Origin: Nitrososphaeria archaeon
GTDB lineage: Archaea; Thermoproteota; Nitrososphaeria; Nitrososphaerales; JAAOZN01
Assembly (NCBI GenBank): GCA_029775855.1
Contig: JARVJZ010000003.1
Coordinates: 64,001-128,000 of the forward strand
Length of the DNA stretch: 64,000 nucleotides
Direction of reading: 5' to 3'
The notes under the pieces were generated by a model, which was not told where the DNA came from, made no database searches, and saw nothing but the letters and a program-made list of their open reading frames with translations. Each line of letters begins with the position of its first letter. Position 1 is the first letter of the stretch. The translations under genes and the position numbers were made by a program. Shown here piece by piece: positions 1 through 10,045 of this stretch.

Positions 1-2
1 CG

Positions 3-272
3 GTCGAAACATCCATCATATCAAACTTTCTGCTAAACGACCTCTGGACATTCAAAGACCGAAGATCTGGGCATATATTGAAGAGGTTAGTTAAGTTCAA
101 CGTATTGATGCTTGTAGGTTTAGTTATAAACCTCTTTGTCCTCTACACATTAACAGATTTAGTGTCCTTGCATTACGGCATATCTAACCTCTTTGGTATA
201 GGCGTAGCTTCTATAGCCAGATATTTAATGAGTATTAAATGGGCTTGGCTTCAGCCCCAAAGGAGAGTTTAA
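3..272 (+). CDS. GtrA-like membrane domain, 5'-truncated by the window edge (probably the C-terminus of a dolichol-phosphate mannosyltransferase-GtrA fusion)
   Basis: The frame stays open to the window edge: VETSIISNFLLNDLWTFKDRR...LVKFNVLMLVGLVIN...RYLMSIKWAW, matching the GtrA pattern NFxLNxxWTF. Confidence 0.75.
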   Translation, partial: VETSIISNFLLNDLWTFKDRRSGHILKRLVKFNVLMLVGLVINLFVLYTLTDLVSLHYGISNLFGIGVASIARYLMSIKWAWLQPQRRV

Positions 273-642
273 TCAAAATTTAAAAATATTTTCTGACTCA
301 CATTTAAAAATGAAATTTTTATATTTTAATTTAAGGTTCTCTGCTTTATATTTGTTTTGTCATAAATTGTAGAGTTTCTTTACATCTAGTCTAATTTAAT
401 GCACCTATCTGTTAATATTAGGAATAGCGGAAATAGTAAGCGCTATGTTGTGTTATGTTTGCGGCAGTATAGTGTATACTTCTAGTGGAGTCTGCTGGAT
501 CTGCTCTGCTTCTGACAACCTCGCTTTACATGTTGATAGATTAAGACTAGCTGCCATAAGCACGTAAGTATAAGCGCCTAAGACAAAGTCTCCTTCTCTT
601 TGCAGCAGACCGTAACTTAAATTAATCCGGTTAACGATAGCT

Positions 643-1254
643 TTGATGATAAGCATGTTTAACGAAGCTTGGATGCCCGGAGCTACTGCTGTCGGAGTAA
701 CCTTTAGAGATGGAGTCATTTTAGGAGCAGAGAAGAGACTTACCTACGGCACACACGTAGTAAGCCGAAGCGGAAAGAAGGTGTTTAAGATAAGTAGAAC
801 AGTAGGTGCAGCATGCGCAGGTCTAGTAGCAGATATGCAGATCTTAGTCAGAGAAATCTCCGCATACATATATCTCCGTGAAATCGAGCTCAATAGAACA
901 CTACCACCAAATTCAGTAGCTAAGCTTATGTCTGTACTGATGTTCGAGCGTAGATGGGCACCCTTACTGACACAGGTTGTGATAGGTGGTGTTGATGACA
1001 CACCATCTATATATGTGCTTGATCCTTTAGGCTCAGTTATACCAGATGATTACGCTACAGTAGGAACAGGTGCTGAAATGGCGATAGGTGTGTTAGAGAG
1101 TGAGTACCGCAAGGATTTAAGTGAAGAAGAGGCTAAGTCGCTTGTAGTCAAAGCCATAAAATCCGCGATGCAACGTGATGCTGCAAGCGGTGATGGCATA
1201 GATCTACTGATAATAACCAAGAGCGGCATGAAAGAAGAAACCATTAAACTTTAA
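643..1254 (+). CDS. psmB: 20S proteasome beta subunit (probably a non-catalytic paralogue)
   Basis: GATAVG-x-GVILGAEKR, AGLVADMQ, DPLGS, VGTGA and RDAASGDG motifs of Ntn-hydrolase proteasome beta subunits. Confidence 0.93.
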   Translation: MMISMFNEAWMPGATAVGVTFRDGVILGAEKRLTYGTHVVSRSGKKVFKISRTVGAACAGLVADMQILVREISAYIYLREIELNRTLPPNSVAKLMSVLMFERRWAPLLTQVVIGGVDDTPSIYVLDPLGSVIPDDYATVGTGAEMAIGVLESEYRKDLSEEEAKSLVVKAIKSAMQRDAASGDGIDLLIITKSGMKEETIKL

Positions 1255-1288
1255 CAATATCTTCTTGCATAAGGTTGAATAAAATATA

Positions 1289-2269
1289 ATGCAGCCCCCA
1301 CAGAGCATCGTAAACGAGAGAATACCTGCAGAGCTAAAGCAGGTATTAAAGAAGCAAGGTTATCATATAGTAGGTACACATTCAGCAACTAAAAAGTGCA
1401 GATGGCTGCACAACAGCCTAGTGTACAATCGCCCCTGTTACAAAGAGAAGTTCTATGGAATAAGCTCACATAGATGCCTTCAAGCGTCGCCAGCAATTCT
1501 GAGCTGCTTGACCAGATGTGTTCACTGTTGGCGCCTTATGCCTGGGGACGAGGGTTATAGCTGGAGCGACACCTTTGGAAACATTTGGGATGAACCTGAA
1601 TTTGTTGCAGAAGGGTTGATACGTGAGCATAAGAGAATTGTATGCGGATACGGTGCGTTAGTCAAAGAAGGAAGGGTTGAAAAGAAACGCTTAGAAGAAG
1701 CGCTAGAACCAACTAATATAGCCCTATCGCTTTCTGGTGAACCCACAATATACCCTCATCTTGCAGAATTAATACAAGAATTTAAGAAGAGGGGAATGAC
1801 TGTCTTCTTAGTCACTTCAGGAGTTCTTCCAAGAGCCTTAAAGAAGATTGCAGATTCAGAGTTCAAACCCACGCAGCTTTATATCTCGCTTACTGGCTGG
1901 GATGCTGAATCATATCAAACCTTAAACCGACCCATAGATGAGAAACTTTGGAGCGCTCTCCAGCAGAGCCTAGAAATAATGACTACACTAACCTGCCCCA
2001 CTGTATTCAGAGTAACCGTTATCCACGGATTAAATGATGGCGGAGAAGCTGTTAAAGGTTTTTCCAAGATGATAGCAAAATATCAGCCAACATATGTAGA
2101 GGCTAAAGCATATATGCACGTAGGCTACTCTACAAAAAGGTTAAAGCGAGCTAACATGCCTACATACAGCCAAGTCAAAACCCTAGCTGAAGCGCTCCAC
2201 AAACAAACGGGATACCAAATAGCAAATGAAGAGGCAGACAGCAGAGTGATCCTACTTAAAAAGAAATAA
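1289..2269 (+). CDS. taw1: 4-demethylwyosine synthase (radical SAM, wyosine pathway)
   Basis: HSATKKCRW, CYKEKFYGISSHRCLQ, CxxxCxxC (CLTRCVHCWR), SLSGEPT, VEAKAYMHVGYS. Confidence 0.93.
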   Translation: MQPPQSIVNERIPAELKQVLKKQGYHIVGTHSATKKCRWLHNSLVYNRPCYKEKFYGISSHRCLQASPAILSCLTRCVHCWRLMPGDEGYSWSDTFGNIWDEPEFVAEGLIREHKRIVCGYGALVKEGRVEKKRLEEALEPTNIALSLSGEPTIYPHLAELIQEFKKRGMTVFLVTSGVLPRALKKIADSEFKPTQLYISLTGWDAESYQTLNRPIDEKLWSALQQSLEIMTTLTCPTVFRVTVIHGLNDGGEAVKGFSKMIAKYQPTYVEAKAYMHVGYSTKRLKRANMPTYSQVKTLAEALHKQTGYQIANEEADSRVILLKKK

Positions 2270-2318
2270 ATCTATAGCATAAACCCATTAATCACCTAAA
2301 GAGCTAGGTAGAGGAAAG

Positions 2319-2756
2319 ATGGCTGAAGAATGCACGTTTTGCAGAATAATACAAAGAGTCGAAGAGGGAGTAGTAGTCTACGAGGATGACGAGCATCTAA
2401 TTCTTATGGATAAACATCCATACAACCCCGGACATAACCTAGTCATACCTAAAAAGCATTACAAAACTTTACTCGAAATGCCTAAATCAGAAGCTGGTAA
2501 GTTATTCGAAAAGGTCTGGTTAATCGCTAAAGCTACGGTAAAAGCTTTAGATGCAGATGGTATTCATATAGGGCAAAATAACGGGAGGGCAGCACGCCAA
2601 GTCATAGATCACGTGCACGTGCATATAATACCGAGATTCTACGAAGATGAGCAGAACGGCAGATGGCCGTCCAGAAAAACTATACCACTGGAGGAATCGA
2701 GGAAATTAGCGGATATGATAAGGCAGCAGATTTTACACTTTAAAGAAGAATGTTAA
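2319..2756 (+). CDS. HIT family nucleotide hydrolase
   Basis: N-terminal CxxC (CTFC), PGHNLVIPKKH, NGRAARQ, histidine triad HVHVHII. Confidence 0.93.
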   Translation: MAEECTFCRIIQRVEEGVVVYEDDEHLILMDKHPYNPGHNLVIPKKHYKTLLEMPKSEAGKLFEKVWLIAKATVKALDADGIHIGQNNGRAARQVIDHVHVHIIPRFYEDEQNGRWPSRKTIPLEESRKLADMIRQQILHFKEEC

Positions 2757-2962
2757 GTTTTCTTACTGAGTTTTTTTAAAGCGTCTTGTACTCGTTCATT
2801 AGGCTTAACTAAGCCTTCAGTAAGAGCCCACATCCAAAACTCTAGGATTCGTTTTCTCATCTTTGAGTATTGTGGGTAGAGCCCTTTTTCTTCGATTGCT
2901 GCGATATCCCTCAAATATTCCTCAACTGTTCTGTTGTCCTCTTCTTCTTTTTGCAGCGCCAA
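2753..2962 (-). CDS. small hypothetical protein
   Basis: 69-aa ORF with natural charged/helical composition that fills the gap; its stop overlaps the HIT stop (TTAA). Confidence 0.55.
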   Translation of the reverse strand: MALQKEEEDNRTVEEYLRDIAAIEEKGLYPQYSKMRKRILEFWMWALTEGLVKPNERVQDALKKLSKKT

Positions 2963-3117
2963 TTAACCTAGCCCTCTTTTTTTATACTTCACTTTCTTCT
3001 ATCACCATTTTTAGGTTGGGTGTCTAATAAGTTTGACTACCATGCTGTATCGATATTAGATATGGTCTACTAACTCTTTAAGGTTAAATAAGTAGTTAGA
3101 GTAGTTACTGTTAGCGT

Positions 3118-4623
3118 TTGGTCAAAAAAGCTTTGGATGACGATGCTATAGTCTACCAAGAGGTCCGTGTCTCAAGGAGAGACGGCATCAAGTACATCTT
3201 AGATGGAAATGAGGTAGACATCTGGGCACCAGAGTTTCGCAACTATCATTCTAAAACGCCAGTAGACTACATAAGAGACGCAATATTGGATATTGAAAAG
3301 AAGAACGGAGACCCTTTTCCAGACATCGTAGGTAAAGAAAAGGAAAAGGAATTAGTCAAGACCGCCCTATTCTCAGGCTCACCTATTCTATTCAGAGGTG
3401 AAAGGGGGTACGGTAAAACAACCTTCTCAAAAGCCATAGCAAAACTCCTACCGGAAAAGATTCTTGCGATTAAAGGGTGCAAGATACACGACGACCCAAC
3501 AGCACCTATCTGTTTCTCATGCAAATCAAAGATACTTTCAGATGAAACAATAGAATTAACTTGGGTTCCCAGAATCTGGGTAAGAATACCTGGAGATCCT
3601 ATGCTTACAACAAGGCAGCTCATTGGTGGCATATCGATACAAAAGATACGCGAAGGCTACGATCTAGATCATCCAGAAGTATTTATGCCTGGAAGAGCAT
3701 TGAAGGCTAATCGAGGAATAGGCTACTTTGATGAATTAGGAGCTGTGCCTACGGCCCTTCAGACGCTGCTCCATGAACTTTTCGAGGAGCGTCAAGTCTC
3801 AACAAGTGAAGGAGAGATTGTGCCTTTTAGAATTAATACAATTGAGGTTGCTTCAACAAATCCAGCCAATTATCGTGGTACATCGCCTATTAAGGAGCCG
3901 CTTCTGGATCGGATGGAAGTCATAGAAATAGGTCCTCCCGCGACGATTGAAGAGGAGATTGAAATAGCGCGTAGAAACTGCTTTATTGGGTGTAAGGAGC
4001 AGCCGCCGGTCATTTTACCCGATTGGCATATGAGACTTATGGCGTATACGGTCACTCTCGGTCGAAATCCGAAGGAGAGTGACACAGCTAAGAAGCTTCA
4101 GGTACCTCCTTCGTGTAGAGCGACGATAAAGCTCTTTGACCATCTAGCTTCTCGAGTAATACTAAGCGGTGGGCGTGTGCCTCTGCTCAAAAATTACGGT
4201 GACGATCTTGAGGTGGTTGTGCTAGCTTTGGCTGGTAGAATAGAGTTGGAGTACGGTGTTAAAGAGAGTAAGGCTGAGGTGTCGAAGATGCTTTTCAAAG
4301 AAGGTCTACTTAAAGTAGCTAAAGAGGTTTATCAAAGGATACCTGAAGATAGTTTTAACGATATAATCTCAGAGCTTATGAATGTAGGTGTAGCAAAAGG
4401 AGGGGTCAGTAGCATAGTAATTAATCCGTCTGTGGTTAAAGATCTGAGGGATCTTAAACATTTCTCTTCAGTTGTTTATGATTTATGCGGCGGCTACACT
4501 GAGGATGATGACCTCTTTCTCTCCTCTGCAGAGATACTTCTGTATTCGCTATCTATGTGTGTGCCAAGGTATGTGGTAAAGAGCCGTAATGAGTTTATCA
4601 TAAAGAAGGTTGAAGATAAATGA
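3118..4623 (+). CDS. AAA+ ATPase, Mg-chelatase ChlI/MoxR-related
   Basis: Walker A GERGYGKTT, Cys/His insert GCKIHDDP..CFSC, ANRGIGYFDE Walker B, sensor NPANY, PLLDR arginine finger. Confidence 0.85.
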   Translation: MVKKALDDDAIVYQEVRVSRRDGIKYILDGNEVDIWAPEFRNYHSKTPVDYIRDAILDIEKKNGDPFPDIVGKEKEKELVKTALFSGSPILFRGERGYGKTTFSKAIAKLLPEKILAIKGCKIHDDPTAPICFSCKSKILSDETIELTWVPRIWVRIPGDPMLTTRQLIGGISIQKIREGYDLDHPEVFMPGRALKANRGIGYFDELGAVPTALQTLLHELFEERQVSTSEGEIVPFRINTIEVASTNPANYRGTSPIKEPLLDRMEVIEIGPPATIEEEIEIARRNCFIGCKEQPPVILPDWHMRLMAYTVTLGRNPKESDTAKKLQVPPSCRATIKLFDHLASRVILSGGRVPLLKNYGDDLEVVVLALAGRIELEYGVKESKAEVSKMLFKEGLLKVAKEVYQRIPEDSFNDIISELMNVGVAKGGVSSIVINPSVVKDLRDLKHFSSVVYDLCGGYTEDDDLFLSSAEILLYSLSMCVPRYVVKSRNEFIIKKVEDK

Positions 4624-5891
4624 AACCAAAGTGTGAATTATGTGATAAAGAAGCGATAGAGAATTCCTTATCTCTATTCGGCAAGCAGTTTATCGAAGAC
4701 CTTGCATACGAGATCTTTAACCCAAATTTAGAAAAGAAGGAAGAACGCCTAGATGTTAAAGGGATCATAGAGCGGTATATGGCTGAGGATTATGACGAAG
4801 AACTCTATGAGATGCTGCTTGATATGCTACGCGAAGGCAGAAGCGATATTTTATATGGTGAAGACCTAAGAAATAAATTAAAATTAGATGCTAGTAGGAA
4901 AAAAGCGTGGCAAGAAATAATTTCAAAGATCAAAAGTGGTGAATTAGCAGCAGACAGTTTAACACCTACGCAAGTCCTTGAATACTTCCCAGAAGAAGCC
5001 TTAGAAGGGTTGATCAAAGAGGGGCTGATAGATGAGAGCATAAGAAGAAACATCAAATATCCACGAAGTGCTCTCTCATTCTCCAATTTTACAGTAGAGG
5101 GAGAAAAGATCATAGCCCAGCGTCTATTAGAAGAGGTATTCAAAAACATTAAGAAGAGTGGATTTGGTATCCACACTACAGAAGAAGAAGGTTTTGGGGT
5201 AGAGTCAACAAGCACTTTAAGAGATTTCGATGACTACACACATAGCTACGATCTCATAGATTGGCAAGAGACCTTACTTAATACTGTGTCAAGGGATGCC
5301 AAAGGGATGAATATAAGAAATTCAGACATTAAAGTTAGAGCGCCGAAGCATAGGTCAAGGTGTGCAAATGTCATACTTGTAGACATCTCAAATTCGATGT
5401 ATGGAAACAAGTTTAAAGGAGGCATAATGGCAGCCCTAGCCTTAGAACAGCTTTTCCAAGAAGAATATAAGGAAGACACACTACATATTCTCGCCTATAA
5501 CGAAGATGTAAACTTAGTGCCTGTTGGAAATCTTCTAAAACTTAGACCGTACGGGTTTACAGATATTGGATGTGCAATAGATGCGGCTGTAAAGATACTG
5601 GAAAAGGAAGAGGGCGAAAAGAACATCTTCCTAATTACTGACAGCGAGCCTACAGCTTCCAACAGAAGAGAATATTCGCCGATTGAAAACGCCTTCAGAG
5701 CTGCATATATGGCTGGCAAAGCTGAAGTAAAACTTAACATCATCATGCTCGATAGAAAGCCTATACTACGAACAATATGTGATAAGATAGCAACTCTTAA
5801 CGGTCAAGCTTCAGTAGCCTATGTCGATAACCCGCTTAACCTCAAAGAATTCGTTATAAAGACAATTATAACCAGAAAAACCTTGGTATAA
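4620..5891 (+). CDS. VWA domain protein, partner of the upstream AAA+ ATPase
   Basis: MIDAS motif DISNS, FTDI and ITDSEP; ATGA overlap with the ATPase gene. Confidence 0.85.
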   Translation: MKPKCELCDKEAIENSLSLFGKQFIEDLAYEIFNPNLEKKEERLDVKGIIERYMAEDYDEELYEMLLDMLREGRSDILYGEDLRNKLKLDASRKKAWQEIISKIKSGELAADSLTPTQVLEYFPEEALEGLIKEGLIDESIRRNIKYPRSALSFSNFTVEGEKIIAQRLLEEVFKNIKKSGFGIHTTEEEGFGVESTSTLRDFDDYTHSYDLIDWQETLLNTVSRDAKGMNIRNSDIKVRAPKHRSRCANVILVDISNSMYGNKFKGGIMAALALEQLFQEEYKEDTLHILAYNEDVNLVPVGNLLKLRPYGFTDIGCAIDAAVKILEKEEGEKNIFLITDSEPTASNRREYSPIENAFRAAYMAGKAEVKLNIIMLDRKPILRTICDKIATLNGQASVAYVDNPLNLKEFVIKTIITRKTLV

Positions 5892-5984
5892 TCCTCCAAG
5901 TCACCGACTGGGGCCAGCTAACCTACAGCCCCTTCACTCACCTTTTTATCAAGTTTACACCAATGTTTCTTTGTATTTTTAATC

Positions 5985-6182
5985 TCAAAAAGAGAATTGA
6001 AAGCAAAATTGATAATACGCGCTTACGCCGGTTGGCTTCCTCAGCGGAAATATGAGTCTTCTCCAACTACTCCAGTTGTCGACAACCTGCCAATAGTAGT
6101 CTGAGCCAGCTGTTTTAACTGTAAAGGTGATGTTTTTGCCGCTGTTTGCACCATACCACCAGATGCAACTTTCTCCTAAGAA
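5985..6182 (-). pseudogene. fragment resembling a carbohydrate-binding/galactose-binding-like domain
   Basis: Start-less open frame CIWWYGANSGKNITFTVKTAGSDYYWQVVDNWSSWRRLIFPL, bounded by stop codons. Confidence 0.35.
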
Positions 6183-6367
6183 TCAAGCGACTCAAAGCCT
6201 CCTTAACATCGGTGTATCCAGCTTTATCCTCTAACAGCTAGGAGGAAATCACATTTCCTCATTGTGTCTTAAGAGACACCACCAAATTTTTGGTAGCAGA
6301 GTCAGGGTAGATCAAACCGAACTGCAAATAACCGACTTGTAAACACCTAGTGTATAAACATAAAAAC

Positions 6368-7687
6368 CTAACCACTAACTCGCTTGTCTATCACCCTTTT
6401 TGCCTTACCTACCTCTACTCTTGGCAGCTGACCAGGATCAACGACCTCGATATTAGGGGTAAAGAGTAAGAGCTCTCTCAGTTCATCTCTTAAAGTTTGT
6501 GATAAAACCTTCTTCTTCTCCTCTTCATTAATAATAGTTTTGGTTTCAATGTATATAGTAAGCCTATCTACTTCTGAAACTCTATCAACTATAATCTGGT
6601 ATTCTGGACCAACTTCAGGGTGTTTCAACAGAGCTTCCTCTATTAGAGATGGCCAGAAGTTTACACCACTCACCTTGATCATATCGTCAGTTCTACCTTG
6701 TATACGTCCTATACGGCGAAGCGTTCGACCACAGTCGCAGTTCTCCGAAGCATAGAGGAATGAGACATCCCTTGTGCGATATCTTAACAGCGGCATAGCC
6801 TCTTTACAGAGCGTTGTAAACACAAGCTCACCCTTCTCTTCAAGCTCACAATGTTCCCCACTATTAGGATCTACAACCTCTACTATGTAATGATCTTCCC
6901 ATACGTGAAGCCCATCATGGAATTGGCAGTCAGCAGCAACGCCTGGACCACCATTAAGCTCAGTTAGGCCATACGCATCATACGCATCCATATTCCAAGT
7001 TTCACATACTCTTTTCCACATCTGCTGGCTCCAAGCCTCTGAGCCTAAAAGGCCTTTTCTAACGGACGTGTTAGATATTGGGTCAATGTTCATTTCTTTT
7101 GCGATTTCTGCAAGCCTGAGCATATAGCTTGTTATAGCGCATACGGTTGTTGTACCAAAGTCTATCATGTACTGAAGCTGCCTTCTACTATATCCAGCCG
7201 AAGCTGGTACAATCGTTGCACCAACCCTCCTCGCACCGTGGTAGAAGGCAAACCCTCCAGAAAACATTCCTAGGCTTGCTGTTATCTGCACTACATCTGA
7301 CTTGCCCACACCAGCCATCTTAAACGCTCTGCCAACAAGATCACCCCAATTCTTAAGATCATTCTCCGTATAGTATCCTAATGTAGGTGTACCGGTTGTT
7401 CCAGAGGATGCGTGTATCTCAACTATTTCACTCAATGGAACGGCTGAGAGCTTAAAGGGGTAATTGTTTCTCAGATCATTTTTAGTTGTAAAAGGTAATT
7501 TACGCACATCCTCTATTGAACGTATATCATCTGGTGAAACGTTAAGTTCTTTCATTTTACTATAGTAAAACGGCACGCATTCATATACTCGGTGGACAAC
7601 CTCCTTAAGTCGCTTTAGCTGTATCTCGCGTAACTCCGTTCTTCTCATTTTTTCAAACATCGGTTCAAGGATGCGTTCTTCGCCCAA
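6368..7687 (-). CDS. paaK: phenylacetate-CoA ligase family (aryl-CoA ligase)
   Basis: LPFTTKNDLR, HASSGTTGTP, YGLTE, MPLLRYRTRD, GRTDDMIKVSGVN, GKAKRVIDKR. Confidence 0.88.
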   Translation of the reverse strand: MGEERILEPMFEKMRRTELREIQLKRLKEVVHRVYECVPFYYSKMKELNVSPDDIRSIEDVRKLPFTTKNDLRNNYPFKLSAVPLSEIVEIHASSGTTGTPTLGYYTENDLKNWGDLVGRAFKMAGVGKSDVVQITASLGMFSGGFAFYHGARRVGATIVPASAGYSRRQLQYMIDFGTTTVCAITSYMLRLAEIAKEMNIDPISNTSVRKGLLGSEAWSQQMWKRVCETWNMDAYDAYGLTELNGGPGVAADCQFHDGLHVWEDHYIVEVVDPNSGEHCELEEKGELVFTTLCKEAMPLLRYRTRDVSFLYASENCDCGRTLRRIGRIQGRTDDMIKVSGVNFWPSLIEEALLKHPEVGPEYQIIVDRVSEVDRLTIYIETKTIINEEEKKKVLSQTLRDELRELLLFTPNIEVVDPGQLPRVEVGKAKRVIDKRVSG

Positions 7688-7697
7688 GACGAACCCC

Positions 7698-8843
7698 CTA
7701 GTAAGATCGTGGTAACCCTAATATATGTTCACCGATGAGAGCTAAAGTTAATTCTTGTGATATTGGTCCCAGTTTAAGCTGCCTTAGGTCTCTCCAATGT
7801 CTCTCTACATCGAAGCTTCGTAAGTAGCCATATCCACCATGGACCTGAATAGCTACATCTGCTGCATAGAGAGATGCTTCAACAGCTGTATACTTGGCTA
7901 TCGTAGCTTCTTTCCAATATTGCTGGTGTTGATCACACAATGAAGCTGCTTGGAAGGTGACAGCTCTAGCGGCTTCAAGTTGAGAATAAGCTTCTGCCAG
8001 CTGAAACTGTATTCCTTGATTCATGCCGATAGGTCTGCCGAAGACTATTCTTTTCTTAGCGTACTCAACAGCTTTGTTAAGCGTTAACATACCTGTACCT
8101 ATAGCCATAGCTGCAACAGCAACTCTATCAATATTATATACGTCAAGAAGAAGAGGCCACCCCTCATTTAAACCTCCAAGCATCATCTTTTCAGATACAA
8201 TAAGATTTTCGACAGTTACTTCACAAGTTTCAAAATAGTTCATGCCCATTTTACTCATAGGTGTATGACGGACAGTCTGATCCCTAGAATTCACCAAAAA
8301 TATTGTAAGCCCGTAACTCTTTTTAGGCGCTACGCTTATTGGGCAAGTTCTTGTAACAAGTATAAGTAAGTCAGCTATACGACTATTATTCACAAAAATT
8401 TTTCTGCCATTGATTAAGTATGTACCATCAACCTTTGTTGCAGTGGTCTTAATATCTAATGCATCAGATCCAGCCTCAGGCTCGGTATGCGCTAACGCAA
8501 GCTTAAGTTTGCCTTCTACAAGTTTAGGCAAAAGTTCCCTTTTAATTTCTTCTTTAGCACCCTTTAGCACCATCAATGAACCTAAAGCGTTTGTGAGAAG
8601 GATATAGGATGCCATTCCCGCACCATTCTTAGCTATTTCCTCTAATATTGTGATAAGTTCTGTAACACCTAGTCCAAGACCACCGTATTCCTTGGGTATT
8701 ACCGCGCCAAACCATCTCCCTTCAGATAGCTTTGCCCAGAATTCTTCTGGGAAAGAGTGAGTTTCACTCTTATTACGCCAATAACTGTCCGTGAATTCTC
8801 TCATGAGCTCACAAATATTTGATTTTACTATCTCAATAGACAT
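7698..8843 (-). CDS. acyl-CoA dehydrogenase
   Basis: TEPEAGSD, INGRKIF, RxxFGRPI..NQGIQF, QVHGGYGY. Confidence 0.92.
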   Translation of the reverse strand: MSIEIVKSNICELMREFTDSYWRNKSETHSFPEEFWAKLSEGRWFGAVIPKEYGGLGLGVTELITILEEIAKNGAGMASYILLTNALGSLMVLKGAKEEIKRELLPKLVEGKLKLALAHTEPEAGSDALDIKTTATKVDGTYLINGRKIFVNNSRIADLLILVTRTCPISVAPKKSYGLTIFLVNSRDQTVRHTPMSKMGMNYFETCEVTVENLIVSEKMMLGGLNEGWPLLLDVYNIDRVAVAAMAIGTGMLTLNKAVEYAKKRIVFGRPIGMNQGIQFQLAEAYSQLEAARAVTFQAASLCDQHQQYWKEATIAKYTAVEASLYAADVAIQVHGGYGYLRSFDVERHWRDLRQLKLGPISQELTLALIGEHILGLPRSY

Positions 8844-8873
8844 AAAGGACCCCTTCTAAAGCATCCCCTATTT

Positions 8874-9875
8874 TTAGCCAATGAACTTAATGTTAAGTAA
8901 GGAGGGTATCTGTAAGCCCACGCCTTTCTGCAGCGCGTATTCGTAGGCTTTCACAGCAGTTACCAAATCTAATAACGCAAAACCTACACACTTGAATAAA
9001 GTTATGTCTTCTTCGTTTTTTCTACCCTGCTTCCGACCAGAAACGACTTCTTCGAGTTCAAGTACACCGCTACTTGCTATAACACCTTGCTTTAGAGCGT
9101 TAATTATGTCACCAGCTTCGTTAAATACGCTTTCTTTTTTATCTACTACGATTACATTCGCTTTTTTTATTATAGAAAGATCTAGCTCTCTCCTATCTGG
9201 CAATGTACCTATACTGTTTATATGCACACCTTTATCTAACCATTCGCCAAAAATGACTGGTATAGATGAGTTTGTAGCCGTGATTACCATATCTACATCT
9301 TTAACAGCTTCTTGAGCTGAGTCAACAGCTTTGACATCAATTAGAAGTTCATTTGACATTCTCTTAGCGAATTCTTCCCTATGTTGTCTAGTTGGACTGT
9401 AAACCTTCACCTTTTTCACTTTACGTACTGTGCAAACTGCTTGAAGCTGACTTCTAGCTTGCAGGCCAGAGCCTAATAGGCCAACGTTACTACTATCTTT
9501 ACGTGCCAGATATTTTGCAGCAACACCACAGAGAGCACCGGTTCGCAGCATAGTTATAATTGTAGCATCCATAATTGCAAGCAGCTGACCATTCACCGGG
9601 TTATGTAAAATTACTTCACCAGCTTGTTTCGGAAGGTTATATCGTACAGGATTATATGCATGTTCTGACACTATTTTTATTGCAAGTGTGTTTAGTGAAG
9701 GTACGTAAGCTGGCATAAAGAGCCATACGGTCTTATCTTCTGGTAATTGTAATACAGACCTCAATGGGTTCCATATATTAGCTTGAGGGGCTTTAAAGAG
9801 TTCTTCTAAAACTTCAATGCACTCATTCATATTTAAAACTGATTCAATATGTTGATAGGTTAGAAGTAGCGGCAT
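8874..9875 (-). CDS. ornithine cyclodeaminase/mu-crystallin family (archaeal alanine dehydrogenase-like)
   Basis: MPAY..KIVS, TMLRTGA, Rossmann GSGLQA, HINSIG, LFKCVGFALLD. Confidence 0.9.
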   Translation of the reverse strand: MPLLLTYQHIESVLNMNECIEVLEELFKAPQANIWNPLRSVLQLPEDKTVWLFMPAYVPSLNTLAIKIVSEHAYNPVRYNLPKQAGEVILHNPVNGQLLAIMDATIITMLRTGALCGVAAKYLARKDSSNVGLLGSGLQARSQLQAVCTVRKVKKVKVYSPTRQHREEFAKRMSNELLIDVKAVDSAQEAVKDVDMVITATNSSIPVIFGEWLDKGVHINSIGTLPDRRELDLSIIKKANVIVVDKKESVFNEAGDIINALKQGVIASSGVLELEEVVSGRKQGRKNEEDITLFKCVGFALLDLVTAVKAYEYALQKGVGLQIPSLLNIKFIG

Positions 9876-10045
9876 AACACTTTTTTTGCTACTGTTGTAT
9901 TTAAGCTTATTTAGAAGTTACGAGTAAGATCGTATGATTTTGTCTCTAGTTATGGTGTGAAGAATTACAATCGAAAAATGTTGCACAGATTTTGGTGAAT
10001 CATGTTATTATATCATAAAAGTTAAATATTAAAACCTAAAAGAAG

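Noticed and set aside
453-719. 88-aa minus-strand ORF
   Set aside because: Overlaps the psmB start and promoter region and has no recognisable motif.
5892-6367. Possible att copy of the tRNA-Thr 3' end bounding the catabolic cluster
   Set aside because: No convincing match to GAGCCCCAAGCGGG was found by eye.
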